Source: a virus
Virus record (IMG/VR): IMGVR_UViG_3300036790_000425
Span: 32,001-96,000 of that record
Length of the DNA: 64,000 bases
Direction: 5' to 3' (one strand)
Under the pieces are notes generated by a model that saw nothing but the letters and a program-made list of their open reading frames with translations, had not been told where the DNA came from and did no database searches. Shown here one piece after another: positions 34,387-44,393 of this stretch. The first letter of the stretch is position 1, and each line of letters starts with the position of its first letter. A program made the position numbers and the translations under genes.

Positions 34387-37300
34387 AGTCCCCAGATCTC
34401 ATCGAGGCGCCACCCCATCCGGGTCGCGCCGGCCGGCGTGGTGTAGGTCCGCTTGACCAGCTGGGCCCCGACCAGGGTGCCCGCCCGGATGGCCCGCACC
34501 CGGGCGGGCAGGTCCTCGTCCTCGTCGCGCAGCGGGGAGAAGCAGGCCACGTCGAAAATGGTCACCTCGGTCACCAGGGTGACCCACCACATGGTGCTCC
34601 CGCGGCGTGTCCGGCGGGCCCTGCTGCCGGCGTACACCGCGGCCACCGGATAGCTGCCCGGCGGGGCCGCCGCGACCGCCAGGGCCATCTCCCGGGCCTG
34701 GGCCCGCAGGCCCGCCGAGCGGGTCTCCAGGGCCTCGAACACGGCCGGGGTCATCCAGGTGCCGTAGGTATCGGTCTCCATCCGGAACAGCGCGGCGGGC
34801 GGGTACTCGGGCCCGTTCAGGTCCGGCGCGGGCGGCGGGGTGTACCGGCGGCAGGCGGCCGTGCAGCGCCGCGGCGGCGGCCTGGTGATGATCTTCAGCG
34901 CGCGGCCGGACTTGCCGGTCCGGGCCGGCGGCTGCGGCTCGGCCGCCCAGTCGAAGGTGCACGGCAGGCCGCCCGGGCCCTTTGCCCCCGGGTCCTTGTG
35001 CACGCAGGTCACCGAGGAGCCGTCCCGGTCGGCCTCGATCATCCCGACCAGCCCGCGGCGCGAGGGCACCAGGGCATCCAGGGCGCCGGCCTTGGCCAGC
35101 GCGTACAGCACCCCGGCATCGGACCCGCTGCGCTCCCGGAAGTCATCCAGGGTGCGGTAGGGCTGGCCGGCCTGGATCTTGATGATCGCGGCCGGCCCGA
35201 CCTTCGGGATGGCCTTCAGCCCGTACCGGATCGAGATGCCCTCGGCCCCGAAGTCGGACCCGGAGAACCGGGCGTCCGGCGGCAGCACCAGGATGCCCAG
35301 CCGGCGTGCCTCGGTGGCGAAGTCCGCCATCCGGTCCATGTCCTTCAGGGTGGACAGGATGGCCGTGATCATCTCGACCGGGTAGTGCACCTTCATCCAC
35401 GCGGTCCAGTAGCTCAGGGTGGCGTAGCTGTAGCCGTGCGCCCGGTTGAAGGCGTACTTCCCGAACTCAGCCATCGCAGTCCACAGCTCGCGGATCTGCT
35501 CCTCGTCGTGGCCCCTCTCGGTGCACCTCCGGATGAACGTCTCGCCCGCGGCAGCGATCTTGTCGGTCAGTTTCTTGCCCAGGATCTTGCGGACCCCGTC
35601 GGCCTCCAGGTCGCTGTAGCCGCCCAGGATGCGGCAGGCCTGGAGGATGTCCTCCTGGTACAGCAGCAGCCCGTAGGACCGGCTCAGGGCCTCCTCCAGC
35701 AGCGGGTGCGGGTACACGACCTCCTCGGTGCCGGCCCGGCGGCGCAGGTAAGCCTCGGCTGCCCCGGAGTTGCGCGGGCCCGGCCGGATGTAGGTGGTCA
35801 GGTCGGCCAGGTCACTGATCGTGCGAGGGCGCATCCGGCCGCAGTAGTCCTTGCACAGGCTGGTCTCGATCTGGAACATCCCCAGGGTGTTACCAGCCCC
35901 GATCTCGTCGTAGACCTGCGGGTCGGCGTGCTCGGTCTCCCACTCCCGCGGGTCGATCCGCTGGCCGGTGCGGTGCTCGACCAGCTCGATGGCCCGCTGG
36001 AGGGAGTCCAGGTTGCGGATGGTCAGCAGGTCCAGCTTCAGCAGGCCCAGCTCCTCGGCCTCCCGGTAGCCCCACTCGCTCACCAGCAGCCGGCTTCCGG
36101 TGTCCCAGCGCATCGGCATGGTCCCTGTCAGCGGCGCGCCGGGCGAGATGATCAGCCCGGCCGGGTGCTGGCCGTAGGAGTAGATCCGGCCGTGCAGCGC
36201 CGCGGCGATGTCGAACACATTGCGGTACCGGGCGGCGAACTCCGCGATCTGCTTGTCCGAGATGATCTCGTCCCAGGGCAGGCCCAGCCCCGCGGTGCCC
36301 GCCTCGGCCTCGTCGATCATCTTGGCGATCGCCCTGGAGTCAGCCTCGGCCTCCGGCGGCAGCCGGTCCCGCAGGGTGGAGAACAGCTTGTTCAGGATGC
36401 CCTTGGCCCCGAAGCGCATGACCGTGCCGACCCGGACCACGTGGTCCTCGCCGTACAGGTGCGCCGAGCGCTGCTGGAGCGCGTCCCGCTTCGAGCTGGG
36501 GAAGTCCAGGTCGAAGTCCGGCAGCGCAGCGCGGCCCGGGGTCAGGAAGCGCTCGAACAGCAGCCCGGCGCGCAGCGGGTCGGTGGAGGTGATGCCCAGC
36601 AGGTAGCTCATCAGCGACCCGGCGGCCGACCCGCGGCCGGGGCCGACCAGCCAGCCGTGCGAGCGGACCCAGGTGACGATGTCCTCGACGATCAGGTAGC
36701 AGCCGGCCAGCCCCTTGCCCGCCACGACCTCGAACTCCCGGTCGAAGCGGTCCCGGCAGGCACGCTCCCCGGCGGGACTCCCGGCCACCTTGCCCCAGTT
36801 CGCCTCGCACATCTGGCGCAGCTGCCGGGCGTCGTCATCGGCGGTGCCGCCGCGGGTGAACACGGGCGGCTCGAAGTGCCCGCCGATCCGCGCGCTGCAC
36901 CGGTCCGCGATCTCGGTGGTGGCCGCGATCGAGGCCTCGACGACGGCCGGGTCCAGGTAGCCCAGGACCTCCCGGACCTGCTCCTCGGCCAGCATCGCGG
37001 TGTAGTTCCAGTAGTCGTCCTTGCCGCTGCCGGCCTGGCACAGCATCCACAGCTTGTGCATCGCCGCGTCGGACTCGGCCGGGTAGTGCGCATCACAGGC
37101 GGCGGCCAGCGGGATGCCCATCTCGTCCCCGACCTCGGCCAGCATCTTGTTCAGCCGGACCTGGTCGGGCAGCCGGTTGGCCTGGATCTCCAGGTAGAGC
37201 CGGTCCCCGAAGATGTCCTTCAGCCGGCTCAGCTTGCGGAACGCGGTGTCGAACCGCCCGGCCAGCAGGTCCTTCGAGACGATGCCGCCCAGGCACGAGG

Positions 37301-37721
37301 TAGTGGCGATCAGCCGGGAGCCGTACTGCTCCAGGACCTGCCAGTCCATCCGCGGCTTGTAGTAGTAGCCGGTCGCGTGCGCCTCGGTGCCGGCCTTCCA
37401 CAGGTCCCGCAGGCCGTCGTTGTCAGTGGCCAGCAGGATCAGGTGATCACCGTGGGCCAGGGCCTTCTGGGCGGCCTTGTCGCCCGCGGCCGGGCGGATG
37501 ACCCGGTCCTCGCGGAAGTAGGCCTCGGTGCCGAACACGGGCTTGATGCCCGCGGCATCGCAGGCGGCCTGGTGATCCCAGCAGCCGGCGTTGGTGCCGT
37601 GGTCGGTCTGGGCCAGCGCAGGATTTCCGAGCGCCGCCGCACGCTGGGCAGCCTCGGTGGCCGAGGACAGACCGTCAAGCGGCGAGTACTCGGTGTGATT
37701 ATGAATCTGGACGAACGACAT
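34383..37721 (-). CDS. dnaE: DNA polymerase III alpha subunit
   Basis: PHP HNHTEYS.LDG, TDHG, GPGRGSAAGS, PDFDLDF, HPAG, KLDLL, YAFNRAH. Confidence 0.95.
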   Translation of the reverse strand: MSFVQIHNHTEYSPLDGLSSATEAAQRAAALGNPALAQTDHGTNAGCWDHQAACDAAGIKPVFGTEAYFREDRVIRPAAGDKAAQKALAHGDHLILLATDNDGLRDLWKAGTEAHATGYYYKPRMDWQVLEQYGSRLIATTSCLGGIVSKDLLAGRFDTAFRKLSRLKDIFGDRLYLEIQANRLPDQVRLNKMLAEVGDEMGIPLAAACDAHYPAESDAAMHKLWMLCQAGSGKDDYWNYTAMLAEEQVREVLGYLDPAVVEASIAATTEIADRCSARIGGHFEPPVFTRGGTADDDARQLRQMCEANWGKVAGSPAGERACRDRFDREFEVVAGKGLAGCYLIVEDIVTWVRSHGWLVGPGRGSAAGSLMSYLLGITSTDPLRAGLLFERFLTPGRAALPDFDLDFPSSKRDALQQRSAHLYGEDHVVRVGTVMRFGAKGILNKLFSTLRDRLPPEAEADSRAIAKMIDEAEAGTAGLGLPWDEIISDKQIAEFAARYRNVFDIAAALHGRIYSYGQHPAGLIISPGAPLTGTMPMRWDTGSRLLVSEWGYREAEELGLLKLDLLTIRNLDSLQRAIELVEHRTGQRIDPREWETEHADPQVYDEIGAGNTLGMFQIETSLCKDYCGRMRPRTISDLADLTTYIRPGPRNSGAAEAYLRRRAGTEEVVYPHPLLEEALSRSYGLLLYQEDILQACRILGGYSDLEADGVRKILGKKLTDKIAAAGETFIRRCTERGHDEEQIRELWTAMAEFGKYAFNRAHGYSYATLSYWTAWMKVHYPVEMITAILSTLKDMDRMADFATEARRLGILVLPPDARFSGSDFGAEGISIRYGLKAIPKVGPAAIIKIQAGQPYRTLDDFRERSGSDAGVLYALAKAGALDALVPSRRGLVGMIEADRDGSSVTCVHKDPGAKGPGGLPCTFDWAAEPQPPARTGKSGRALKIITRPPPRRCTAACRRYTPPPAPDLNGPEYPPAALFRMETDTYGTWMTPAVFEALETRSAGLRAQAREMALAVAAAPPGSYPVAAVYAGSRARRTRRGSTMWWVTLVTEVTIFDVACFSPLRDEDEDLPARVRAIRAGTLVGAQLVKRTYTTPAGATRMGWRLDEIWGL

Positions 37722-37760
37722 CAGCAGCGCCCCGGGTCAGAATGAGGAGTGGCGGCCGGA

Positions 37761-37789
37761 CCTGCCGGGGGATTCGCACCCCCGGCAGG
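37761..37789 (-). terminator. GC hairpin between ssb and dnaE
   Basis: CCTGCCGGGGG/CCCCCGGCAGG 11-bp stem; no U tract. Confidence 0.45.
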
Positions 37790-37817
37790 CCCGACGTCTT
37801 TGGCGGCCGTGCTGCTG

Positions 37818-38831
37818 CTACTGCGCGGCCGGGGCGGTCTCCGTCGCGGTCCCGCGGTTCTCCAGGCGGGCCCGGAAGCTGGCCTGGAGTGCCGGGTCCA
37901 CGTCGGGAGTGACCGGCGTGGTGGCGGACGCCGCGGCCGTGCCGGCGGCGCTCTCCTGACCGCTGTCCTCGCCGTCCTTACTGTCCTTCCGGCGGCCGTA
38001 GCCGCCCTCGGGGACGACACCGGGGACGAAATACCGGGCGTAGTGGTCCGGGGTAGCGTGGGCCAGCAGGTACTCACCCATGTCGAACCCGATGACCTTC
38101 AGCGAGTCGGCGAAGGTCTGCGCCAGCTTGCCGCTAGCCCACTCCGGGTCGGTCCAGGCCGGGACGATGGTGTAGTCCATGTCCGTGCGCTTGATCGTGA
38201 AGACCTTGTCGCAGACCGTGTCCGGGCCCATGTACGAGGCCGCCTTGACGGCTCCGTAGAAGTTGTCCCAGGCCTGGTTGACCAGGACCAGGGCCGGGAC
38301 CGTCACGGTCTCGCCACTGGAGTCCTTCCACTCCATCAGCTTCTCGCGGAAGCGCACCCCGCGCTCGCCGGGAGCGGCGACGGTGCCGTCCTCCTTGACC
38401 GGCTCGCACTCCGCGAAGATGCCGTAGACGCGCCGCTTCGGCTTGCTCAGGTCCTTGGTGAAGCCCTGAGACACGCCGGCATACTGCGGGGCGGTGTCGA
38501 TGTAGCACTCCCCGTAGCCGGGCTCGAAGGCCGCCGGCTCGATGATCTGGCCGGAGCCGTCACGCAGCCGGAAGGCCTTGTCGCCCTGGCAGATCCCCCA
38601 CATGGTGTCAGCCCACTTGGCCTTCTCGTCCAGCTCCGCCGGGCGGGCCTTGCGGGGGATGAACGAGTGAACCAGGATCGAGACCCAGTCCTTGTGGTCG
38701 GTGACCGGCCGCAGGAAGTAGACCTCGTTGTTCTTGAACTTCATGTCAGGGATGAAGGAGCGGTTCCCGCTGGTCCGGCCCTCGTTGGCCATCTCCTCCG
38801 CGGCGGCGGCTCCGGTTGACAGCTGTGGCAT
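37818..38831 (-). CDS. probable single-stranded DNA-binding protein
   Basis: H..C...C metal motif, R.G.DTDY-like TIKRTDMDY, flexible tail, located next to dnaE; RBS AGAGG. Confidence 0.6.
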   Translation of the reverse strand: MPQLSTGAAAAEEMANEGRTSGNRSFIPDMKFKNNEVYFLRPVTDHKDWVSILVHSFIPRKARPAELDEKAKWADTMWGICQGDKAFRLRDGSGQIIEPAAFEPGYGECYIDTAPQYAGVSQGFTKDLSKPKRRVYGIFAECEPVKEDGTVAAPGERGVRFREKLMEWKDSSGETVTVPALVLVNQAWDNFYGAVKAASYMGPDTVCDKVFTIKRTDMDYTIVPAWTDPEWASGKLAQTFADSLKVIGFDMGEYLLAHATPDHYARYFVPGVVPEGGYGRRKDSKDGEDSGQESAAGTAAASATTPVTPDVDPALQASFRARLENRGTATETAPAAQ

Positions 38832-38878
38832 GTGCTTCCTCTCTTGGTACCTGGACGTAAGTGCTTGCTCTGGCGTTC

Positions 38879-39868
38879 CTAGATCCCCAGGTACTCGCGC
38901 ACCAGGCGGTCGGCCTGGGCCCGGTCCGGGAGATCGTCTCCTGTGAAGAAGATACAGGGTTCATTGCTATCTTGCCAACTCACCGGCCGGGTGATCCCGG
39001 GGGCGTAGCCGACCGCGAACCGCACCGTAGCGCCGGCCTCCGACAGTGCCGCGGAGATCAGCTGCTGCCAGGCCTCCAGGAAGCCCCCCAGGGCGTCGGC
39101 CCGCTGGCCGGCCTCCGCGAGCACCCAGAAGCTCCAGGCGCGCTCCCAGGACCCTTCGAGGGTGGAGCCCAGGACCGAGGAGGCCAGCCGCTCACGGGCG
39201 TCCTCAGGGCTGACGCCGCTCTTGTCCAGGCCCCAGCCGCGCAGGATGTCCTCCTGCCTCACCGGCTCCTCCCAGCCGTCCGGGTCGTGCAGGCGGGCCT
39301 CGGCCGTCATCCGGGAGGCCTCCCGGGCAGCCAGCTGCTCCAGCCGCTGCCGGACGCCCCGGTCCCCCAGGAACAGGCCGCCGAGCGGCTGGGCGTCGTA
39401 GGCCCGCCGGATCAGCGGGTCCAGCAGCTGGGTGGCCGCGTAGAACAGCTCCTCGATCTCCTGGCGCGGGTCCAGGGTCAGGTAGCGCTCCCGGATCTGC
39501 TTCGGACCGATACTGCGCCACTCCCGCCAGTCGAAGCACAGGTTCCGGTAGTAGTGACACACGTCCCAGATGACCGCCGGGTAGCGGGCCAGCACCTGAG
39601 TGCTGACGGCGTCGTCCGGGCCGGTGCCCTCGCGCAGCAGGAAGCGGCCGTCTACCATCCGGCCGGCGGGGTCGGGCTCCTGCCAGGCGTACCAGGCGGT
39701 CCCGGCGTCCTCCGGCGGGGCCTCCACGGCCGCCGCCAGCTGCATGGCCCGGAACTGCTCGCTGGACGAGCTGAGGATTCCGGTGTAGTGCTTCACGTAC
39801 CGCTCGCCCAGCAGCTCGTCCAGCCGCAGGTTCCCCTGCTCGTCCCGGTACTGGAAAGGCTCAGTCAT
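38879..39868 (-). CDS. J-domain-like protein lacking HPD
   Basis: DVCHYYRNL...IRERY...LLDP..RRAYD. Confidence 0.5.
   Translation of the reverse strand: MTEPFQYRDEQGNLRLDELLGERYVKHYTGILSSSSEQFRAMQLAAAVEAPPEDAGTAWYAWQEPDPAGRMVDGRFLLREGTGPDDAVSTQVLARYPAVIWDVCHYYRNLCFDWREWRSIGPKQIRERYLTLDPRQEIEELFYAATQLLDPLIRRAYDAQPLGGLFLGDRGVRQRLEQLAAREASRMTAEARLHDPDGWEEPVRQEDILRGWGLDKSGVSPEDARERLASSVLGSTLEGSWERAWSFWVLAEAGQRADALGGFLEAWQQLISAALSEAGATVRFAVGYAPGITRPVSWQDSNEPCIFFTGDDLPDRAQADRLVREYLGI
38949..38978 (-). promoter_or_regulatory. intragenic promoter with degenerate box, upstream of ssb
   Basis: TTGGCA-AGATAGCAATGAACCCTG-TATCTT. Confidence 0.55.
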
Positions 39869-40286
39869 CGTCCTGGTCGGGCTCGCCGTCGGCCGCGGTG
39901 TTCTCGGCATCCAGGGCATCCTGGTCCCGGCCGTCCCACTCCTGCCGGGCCGCCTCGCTGGTGATGCCGTCCTGCTCGACCCCGGTCACCTGCCCGGTAG
40001 CCTGGCCCGTCTTCCTGATCGTCATGTCTCCTCCTCGGTTGCCGGCCGGGCCAGCGTAAGACAGCCCGTCCGGCACGGTCTCCATCCAGGCGTATCCGCA
40101 TCCGGCGCAGCGCACGCACAGGTGGTCCTGCACCCGGCGCTGCATCTCCGCGCCCCCGCAGGGCCACTGCGGGGCCTTCCCGAACACGATGAGCACAGGC
40201 GCGGAGTGCCGCTCCGGCTCGCCGCCGGGCTGGAAGCAGGCCGGGCAGAAGTGCTCCTGGTCAAAAGGGAGTACCTGTCCGGGCAT
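39861..40286 (-). CDS. Zn-ribbon protein with an in-frame internal start at 40025
   Basis: CPAC..HLCVRC..CGY.W; RBS GAGAGGAG; second RBS GAGGAGGAG before ATG 40025. Confidence 0.6.
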   Translation of the reverse strand: MPGQVLPFDQEHFCPACFQPGGEPERHSAPVLIVFGKAPQWPCGGAEMQRRVQDHLCVRCAGCGYAWMETVPDGLSYAGPAGNRGGDMTIRKTGQATGQVTGVEQDGITSEAARQEWDGRDQDALDAENTAADGEPDQDDD

Positions 40287-40334
40287 GCCCGGATTCTCCT
40301 CTCGCGTGCATTCCGGCTCCCGGATCCGGCGATT

Positions 40335-40440
40335 CCTAGTGCACGTAGTGCACACAGACTGGCCAGACCCGGGATCCGAACAAGTGTTCCGCACTTTTTG
40401 TGCACGGCTAGTGCACTTCCGTGCCCTCGCTGTGCACTTA
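40335..40440. repeat. five GTGCAC palindromes, candidate replication origin
   Basis: GTGCAC at 40339, 40348, 40400, 40411, 40432 with TTTTT tract, directly after primase-helicase stop. Confidence 0.55.
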
Positions 40441-42951
40441 TCCGGGCGCCTCGGTGTTCACCTCCCCGAAGGTCGTGCGGACCGCGAGCGTGGGGAAGCC
40501 GTTCCAGCCGCCGCCGCGGTAGGGCTCGTGGCCCTTTTTCTTCAGCCGGGTGCTCAGGCCGCGCTGCGCGGTCGGGGTGTGCCCGTTCTGCTTGCACCAG
40601 GCCACGTAGACCGCGTAGATCTCATGCGCGGCCCGGCCGATGGCGCCGCGCTGCGGGTCATCATCCTTGATCACCAGGCAGTCGTCGATGAACTGGCCGA
40701 CAGTGTCCTCCTCCTCCTGGTACCGGCGCAGGGCATCGAGCACCGGCTGCGGCGGGTTCAGCCCGTCGCGCTGCCAGGCCAGGGCGCCCTCGACGATCCA
40801 GGCCAGGATGCCGTCCGCCTCGTCGCGGATCAGGGTGTCCTGGAGGTAGCCGTCCCGCTGGTCCTCGGGGATGATCACCGGCCAGGTGATCAGCTGGATC
40901 CGCCGCCAGGTGGCGGAGTCGTCGCTCATCCGGGGCAGGTGATTGGTGGTCAGCAGGATCTTGCCGACCGGCCGGAAGTCGAAGTACTCCCCGCGCATGA
41001 ACCGGGCCGAGATCGTGTCCCCGCCGGTCAGCTGCTTCAGCCGCTGCTCGTCCAGGGACTTGCCGGCCTTGGTCTCGCTGGCCTGGAGGAACCGCTTGCC
41101 GGCCATCCGGGCCACGTCGTTGGGGATCCGGCCGTCCACCGAGCTGGCCATCAGGGTCTCGACCGGCATGGTCTGGGCATAGGTGCCCAGGACGTGCGCC
41201 AGGACGCTGATGAACACCGACTTGCCGTTGGCCCCGGTGCCGTGCAGCAGGAACGCTGCCTGCTCCGAGGTCTGGCCGGTGGCGCAGTAGCCCGCCACCC
41301 GCTGGAGGTAGGCCCGCATCGCCGGGTCCGGCTGGACCTGCTTCAGGAACTCCTGCCAGCGGGTAGCCGGCTCGCCCGGGTAGTAGCTCGCAGCGGCCTG
41401 GAGCGTCATCCGCTGCTCCGGGTCGTGCGGGCTCAGCTCGCCCGTGCACAGGTCCACCACGCCGTTCCGGGCGTTGATCACCAGCGGGTTGCCGTCGAAC
41501 GTGGACTGGCTCATCCGCATCAGCGGCAGCCCGGTAGCCAGGTCGGCTGCCACGGATACCGCCTTGCGGGTGTGCTGCTTGGCCACCCAGTCCGTGAACC
41601 GGTCGTAGGGCGAGGGCATCATCTCCCCGTCCAGGGCGACCTCGGGCTCGGTCTCATACGACCTGCCCTCGGTGTCCAGCAGGTTGCGGATCATGATCTG
41701 CGCGGCCCACAGCCCTTCCTGCTTGGTGGCCGGCATCCAGACGCCGCCGAGATAGGTCATCCAGGTGCCCAGCTCCGGGCACCAGCGCATCCGGTCGCCC
41801 CAGTGATCGGCCATCCGGTCGGCCAGGCCGAACTCGGTGCGCGGGCGGCAGGGCCAGCTGGCCTGCATGATGCCCCACTGGACATTCCGCGGGCGGTTCA
41901 TGCCCGCCCGCCAGCCCGAGATGAACGTGCCCCGGATCTCGCCCTCGGTCAGCCCGGCCGCCATCGCCGCGTCCCGCAGGCCGGCGAAGGCCGCGTCCTC
42001 GGACAGGATCCCGGCGCCGCCGAGCTGGCCCAGGCTGAAGGCGCAGTTGTTCAGCGTCTCATTGCGCGAGCCGGACTCGGCCGAGCGCATCGTCAGGCAC
42101 TCGCTCTCCAGGGCGCGCTCGGCATAAGCCCGGGTCTGCCCGTTGGGAGCGACCGGCGGCTCCGCCGACAGAGTCTCGCCGGCCTGCTCCTTGTCGTGGT
42201 TGCGCAGCAGGGCCAGCAGCCAGTCCGGGGCGGGAGCCGGGGTGATGTCGTGCGCCGGGTTCAGGTCGTAGGGGCCGCCCTCGTTAACCGAGGGCGGCAC
42301 CAGGACGAAGCCGTTCTCGCCGCGGACGTCCAGGCCGGTGCCGAGCACCCGCTTGGCTGAGTTGCGCACCTCGAAGCCGGGGTGCTCGAACACGTAGTGC
42401 GTGCCCCCGCGGCCGGTCTGGTGCACCCGGGTGACGGGCATCGGCCCGTGCCGGCGCTCGTAGGCACCCAGGGTCTGGCTGCCGCCGGCGTAGGTGTCCT
42501 CGTCCAGGACGAAAATGCCCGAGCGCCGCCCGGTGACCACCCCGACATTGGAGAACGGGTACCACTGGGTAGCCGGGATCTGCGGCTCCGCGCGCCACCA
42601 GTGGCCGACCACGGCGGGATCGTCGGATGAAACGCCGGGCCAGTCGTCGTGCATCGGGTGCTTGCCCGGGGAAGGGCACTCCGCGCCGCGGTGGCAGGAG
42701 CAGATCCTGTCCTTGTCCAGCCAGCGGACGGGGATCACCTTCATCCCCAGGGCGGCGTACTTCAGTGCTGCGGTCAGCAGCTCCGCCCGGCGCGCGTCAT
42801 CATCAGGCCCCAGAATGGACGGAGCCCGTTGCGCCTGGTCAGCGCCCCCGGTAATCTCAGGAACTGAACGACTCTCGGCAGCGTCGTCCGCATCCAGGCC
42901 CCCCGCATTGTCCTCAGCAGCATTTGCGGGGGGTCCGCCGATATCAGTCAC
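40438..42951 (-). CDS. bifunctional primase/polymerase fused to D5/P4-type SF3 helicase
   Basis: CSC....C..PGKHP, NVGVVTG, VLDED, TGRGGTH, DVRGENG.V.VPPS; GTGANGKS, LKQLTGGD.I.ARFM, WRRI. Confidence 0.93.
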   Translation of the reverse strand: MTDIGGPPANAAEDNAGGLDADDAAESRSVPEITGGADQAQRAPSILGPDDDARRAELLTAALKYAALGMKVIPVRWLDKDRICSCHRGAECPSPGKHPMHDDWPGVSSDDPAVVGHWWRAEPQIPATQWYPFSNVGVVTGRRSGIFVLDEDTYAGGSQTLGAYERRHGPMPVTRVHQTGRGGTHYVFEHPGFEVRNSAKRVLGTGLDVRGENGFVLVPPSVNEGGPYDLNPAHDITPAPAPDWLLALLRNHDKEQAGETLSAEPPVAPNGQTRAYAERALESECLTMRSAESGSRNETLNNCAFSLGQLGGAGILSEDAAFAGLRDAAMAAGLTEGEIRGTFISGWRAGMNRPRNVQWGIMQASWPCRPRTEFGLADRMADHWGDRMRWCPELGTWMTYLGGVWMPATKQEGLWAAQIMIRNLLDTEGRSYETEPEVALDGEMMPSPYDRFTDWVAKQHTRKAVSVAADLATGLPLMRMSQSTFDGNPLVINARNGVVDLCTGELSPHDPEQRMTLQAAASYYPGEPATRWQEFLKQVQPDPAMRAYLQRVAGYCATGQTSEQAAFLLHGTGANGKSVFISVLAHVLGTYAQTMPVETLMASSVDGRIPNDVARMAGKRFLQASETKAGKSLDEQRLKQLTGGDTISARFMRGEYFDFRPVGKILLTTNHLPRMSDDSATWRRIQLITWPVIIPEDQRDGYLQDTLIRDEADGILAWIVEGALAWQRDGLNPPQPVLDALRRYQEEEDTVGQFIDDCLVIKDDDPQRGAIGRAAHEIYAVYVAWCKQNGHTPTAQRGLSTRLKKKGHEPYRGGGWNGFPTLAVRTTFGEVNTEAPG

Positions 42952-42962
42952 GGTCTGCCCCC

Positions 42963-43271
42963 TTACCTGGTGTTGTTCCCTGATGCCCCCAGCTCCGCCC
43001 GCAGCGGAATAGCGAAGAAGTCATCCTGGGAGTGGTGGAATCGGCGCACCGTCACCGGGGCGCTCATCCAGAAGCCATTGTGAGTGCCGAACACCTGACG
43101 GCAGATATCCATTGCCTGGTCGCCCCACCGGTCTGCGAAGCCGGCCAGGATCAGATCCTGTCCGGGACATGGCAGCTGGGGCCCGCAGCAGCGGGTGATC
43201 TCCGCGAGGACGTAATCGGCCAGCGACGTATCCGTCACCGATGGTGCCGTTAGAGGGGATGCCAAAGTCAC
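42963..43271 (-). CDS. hypothetical protein
   Basis: RBS GGAAGG; lower-GC ORF upstream of primase. Confidence 0.55.
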   Translation of the reverse strand: MTLASPLTAPSVTDTSLADYVLAEITRCCGPQLPCPGQDLILAGFADRWGDQAMDICRQVFGTHNGFWMSAPVTVRRFHHSQDDFFAIPLRAELGASGNNTR

Positions 43272-43391
43272 GGGCGTCCGCCTTCCGCTTTGAGGAGTGA
43301 AGGGACGTTGACCTGCGATGGGCTGCCATTCGATGGCCCTCAGGCAGCAGCCCGTCCGTTGAGGCTAGAACCCGGCGGGTCGCCGGTCAAG

Positions 43392-44387
43392 CTATGACCG
43401 GGACCGCCAGAAGCCTCCTCTCTCCACGCGCCGCAGGACGCTGGTCAGCTCGTACTCACGCAGGAAGCCGGCCAGGTGCTCAGTCGGCTCTCCGGCCCAT
43501 ACGCACGAAACGTCAGGCTGGAAGTAGTTCCGCCCGGTAACTTCCTCCGGGGGCCTCGACGGAATGACGAGGTCTATGATGTCTCGCCACAATACCGCCA
43601 TTTCACGATGCTGCGGATCAGTTATCCCGTTCAGCACGTCCCGCCACATCCAGCCCGCGGACCGCAGCATCCGGGCGGCCTTCACCGGCCCGGTGCCCCG
43701 CAGCCCGGGGATGCTGTCGCTCGGGTCCCCGGCCAGGGCGCGCAGCTTCGGCAGCATGATCGGCGGCACGCCCGTGCGCGACTCCACGTCCGCGGCGTCC
43801 TCCAGGCCGTCCCGCGACAGCCCGGCCAGCCGGACGGTGGCGAAGGCGGTCAGCTGCTCCATGTCCGCGTCGTCGGAGGCGATGATGACCCGCCTCCCGG
43901 TCAGGCAGCACGCCGGGTGTGCGCGGCGCGCCAGGGCGGCCATCAGGTCATCCGCCTCGAAGCCGTCCACGCAGAACTGAGGAACCCCGGCCGCGCGGCA
44001 GAAGGCCACCGTCCGGTCCATCAGGGTCTCGCGGTGCGGCGTCAGCACGGGCGCGGGCGCCCGGCCGGACTTGTAGGCGGGGTACCGCTGCCGGCGCCAC
44101 TCCAGGGCCCCGGGGCCGTCCCAGCAGACGGCCAGCCACTCAGGATCGTGCTGGCGGGTCAGCCGGGCCAGTGAGGTGATGAACATCAGCAGGGCCCCGG
44201 TCGGCACCCCGGCCGCCGTGGTCAGGGCACGGTGCTGCGCGGCCCGCTGGCAGCGCACCATCAGGCCCGTGGCGTCCACGACCAGGAACGGCCGCGGGCG
44301 GCCCTCAGCTGGCCCGTGCGGGCACAGCGGGCCCAGGCGGGCCCAGTGCTTCCCGGTCACCTCCCGGGTCGCCACGGCAGCGGTCAC
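43392..44387 (-). CDS. 5'-3' exonuclease (PolI N-terminal/FEN-like)
   Basis: VVD, CWDG, R...YPAYK..R, GFEADD, SDD.D..QL, LAGDPSDSIPG..G.G...A. Confidence 0.9.
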   Translation of the reverse strand: MTAAVATREVTGKHWARLGPLCPHGPAEGRPRPFLVVDATGLMVRCQRAAQHRALTTAAGVPTGALLMFITSLARLTRQHDPEWLAVCWDGPGALEWRRQRYPAYKSGRAPAPVLTPHRETLMDRTVAFCRAAGVPQFCVDGFEADDLMAALARRAHPACCLTGRRVIIASDDADMEQLTAFATVRLAGLSRDGLEDAADVESRTGVPPIMLPKLRALAGDPSDSIPGLRGTGPVKAARMLRSAGWMWRDVLNGITDPQHREMAVLWRDIIDLVIPSRPPEEVTGRNYFQPDVSCVWAGEPTEHLAGFLREYELTSVLRRVERGGFWRSRS

Positions 44388-44393
44388 GGTCCC

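Noticed and set aside
34383-37721. Intein in DnaE, terminase, RecA or helicases
   Set aside because: Lengths are normal and no C/S...HN splice motifs were seen
34998-37745. Long antisense ORFs (915 aa here; also 25358-27700, 40189-42360, 46732-48972, 52302-54245, 57131-59362)
   Set aside because: Shadow frames of well-supported genes in high-GC DNA; no motifs or RBS
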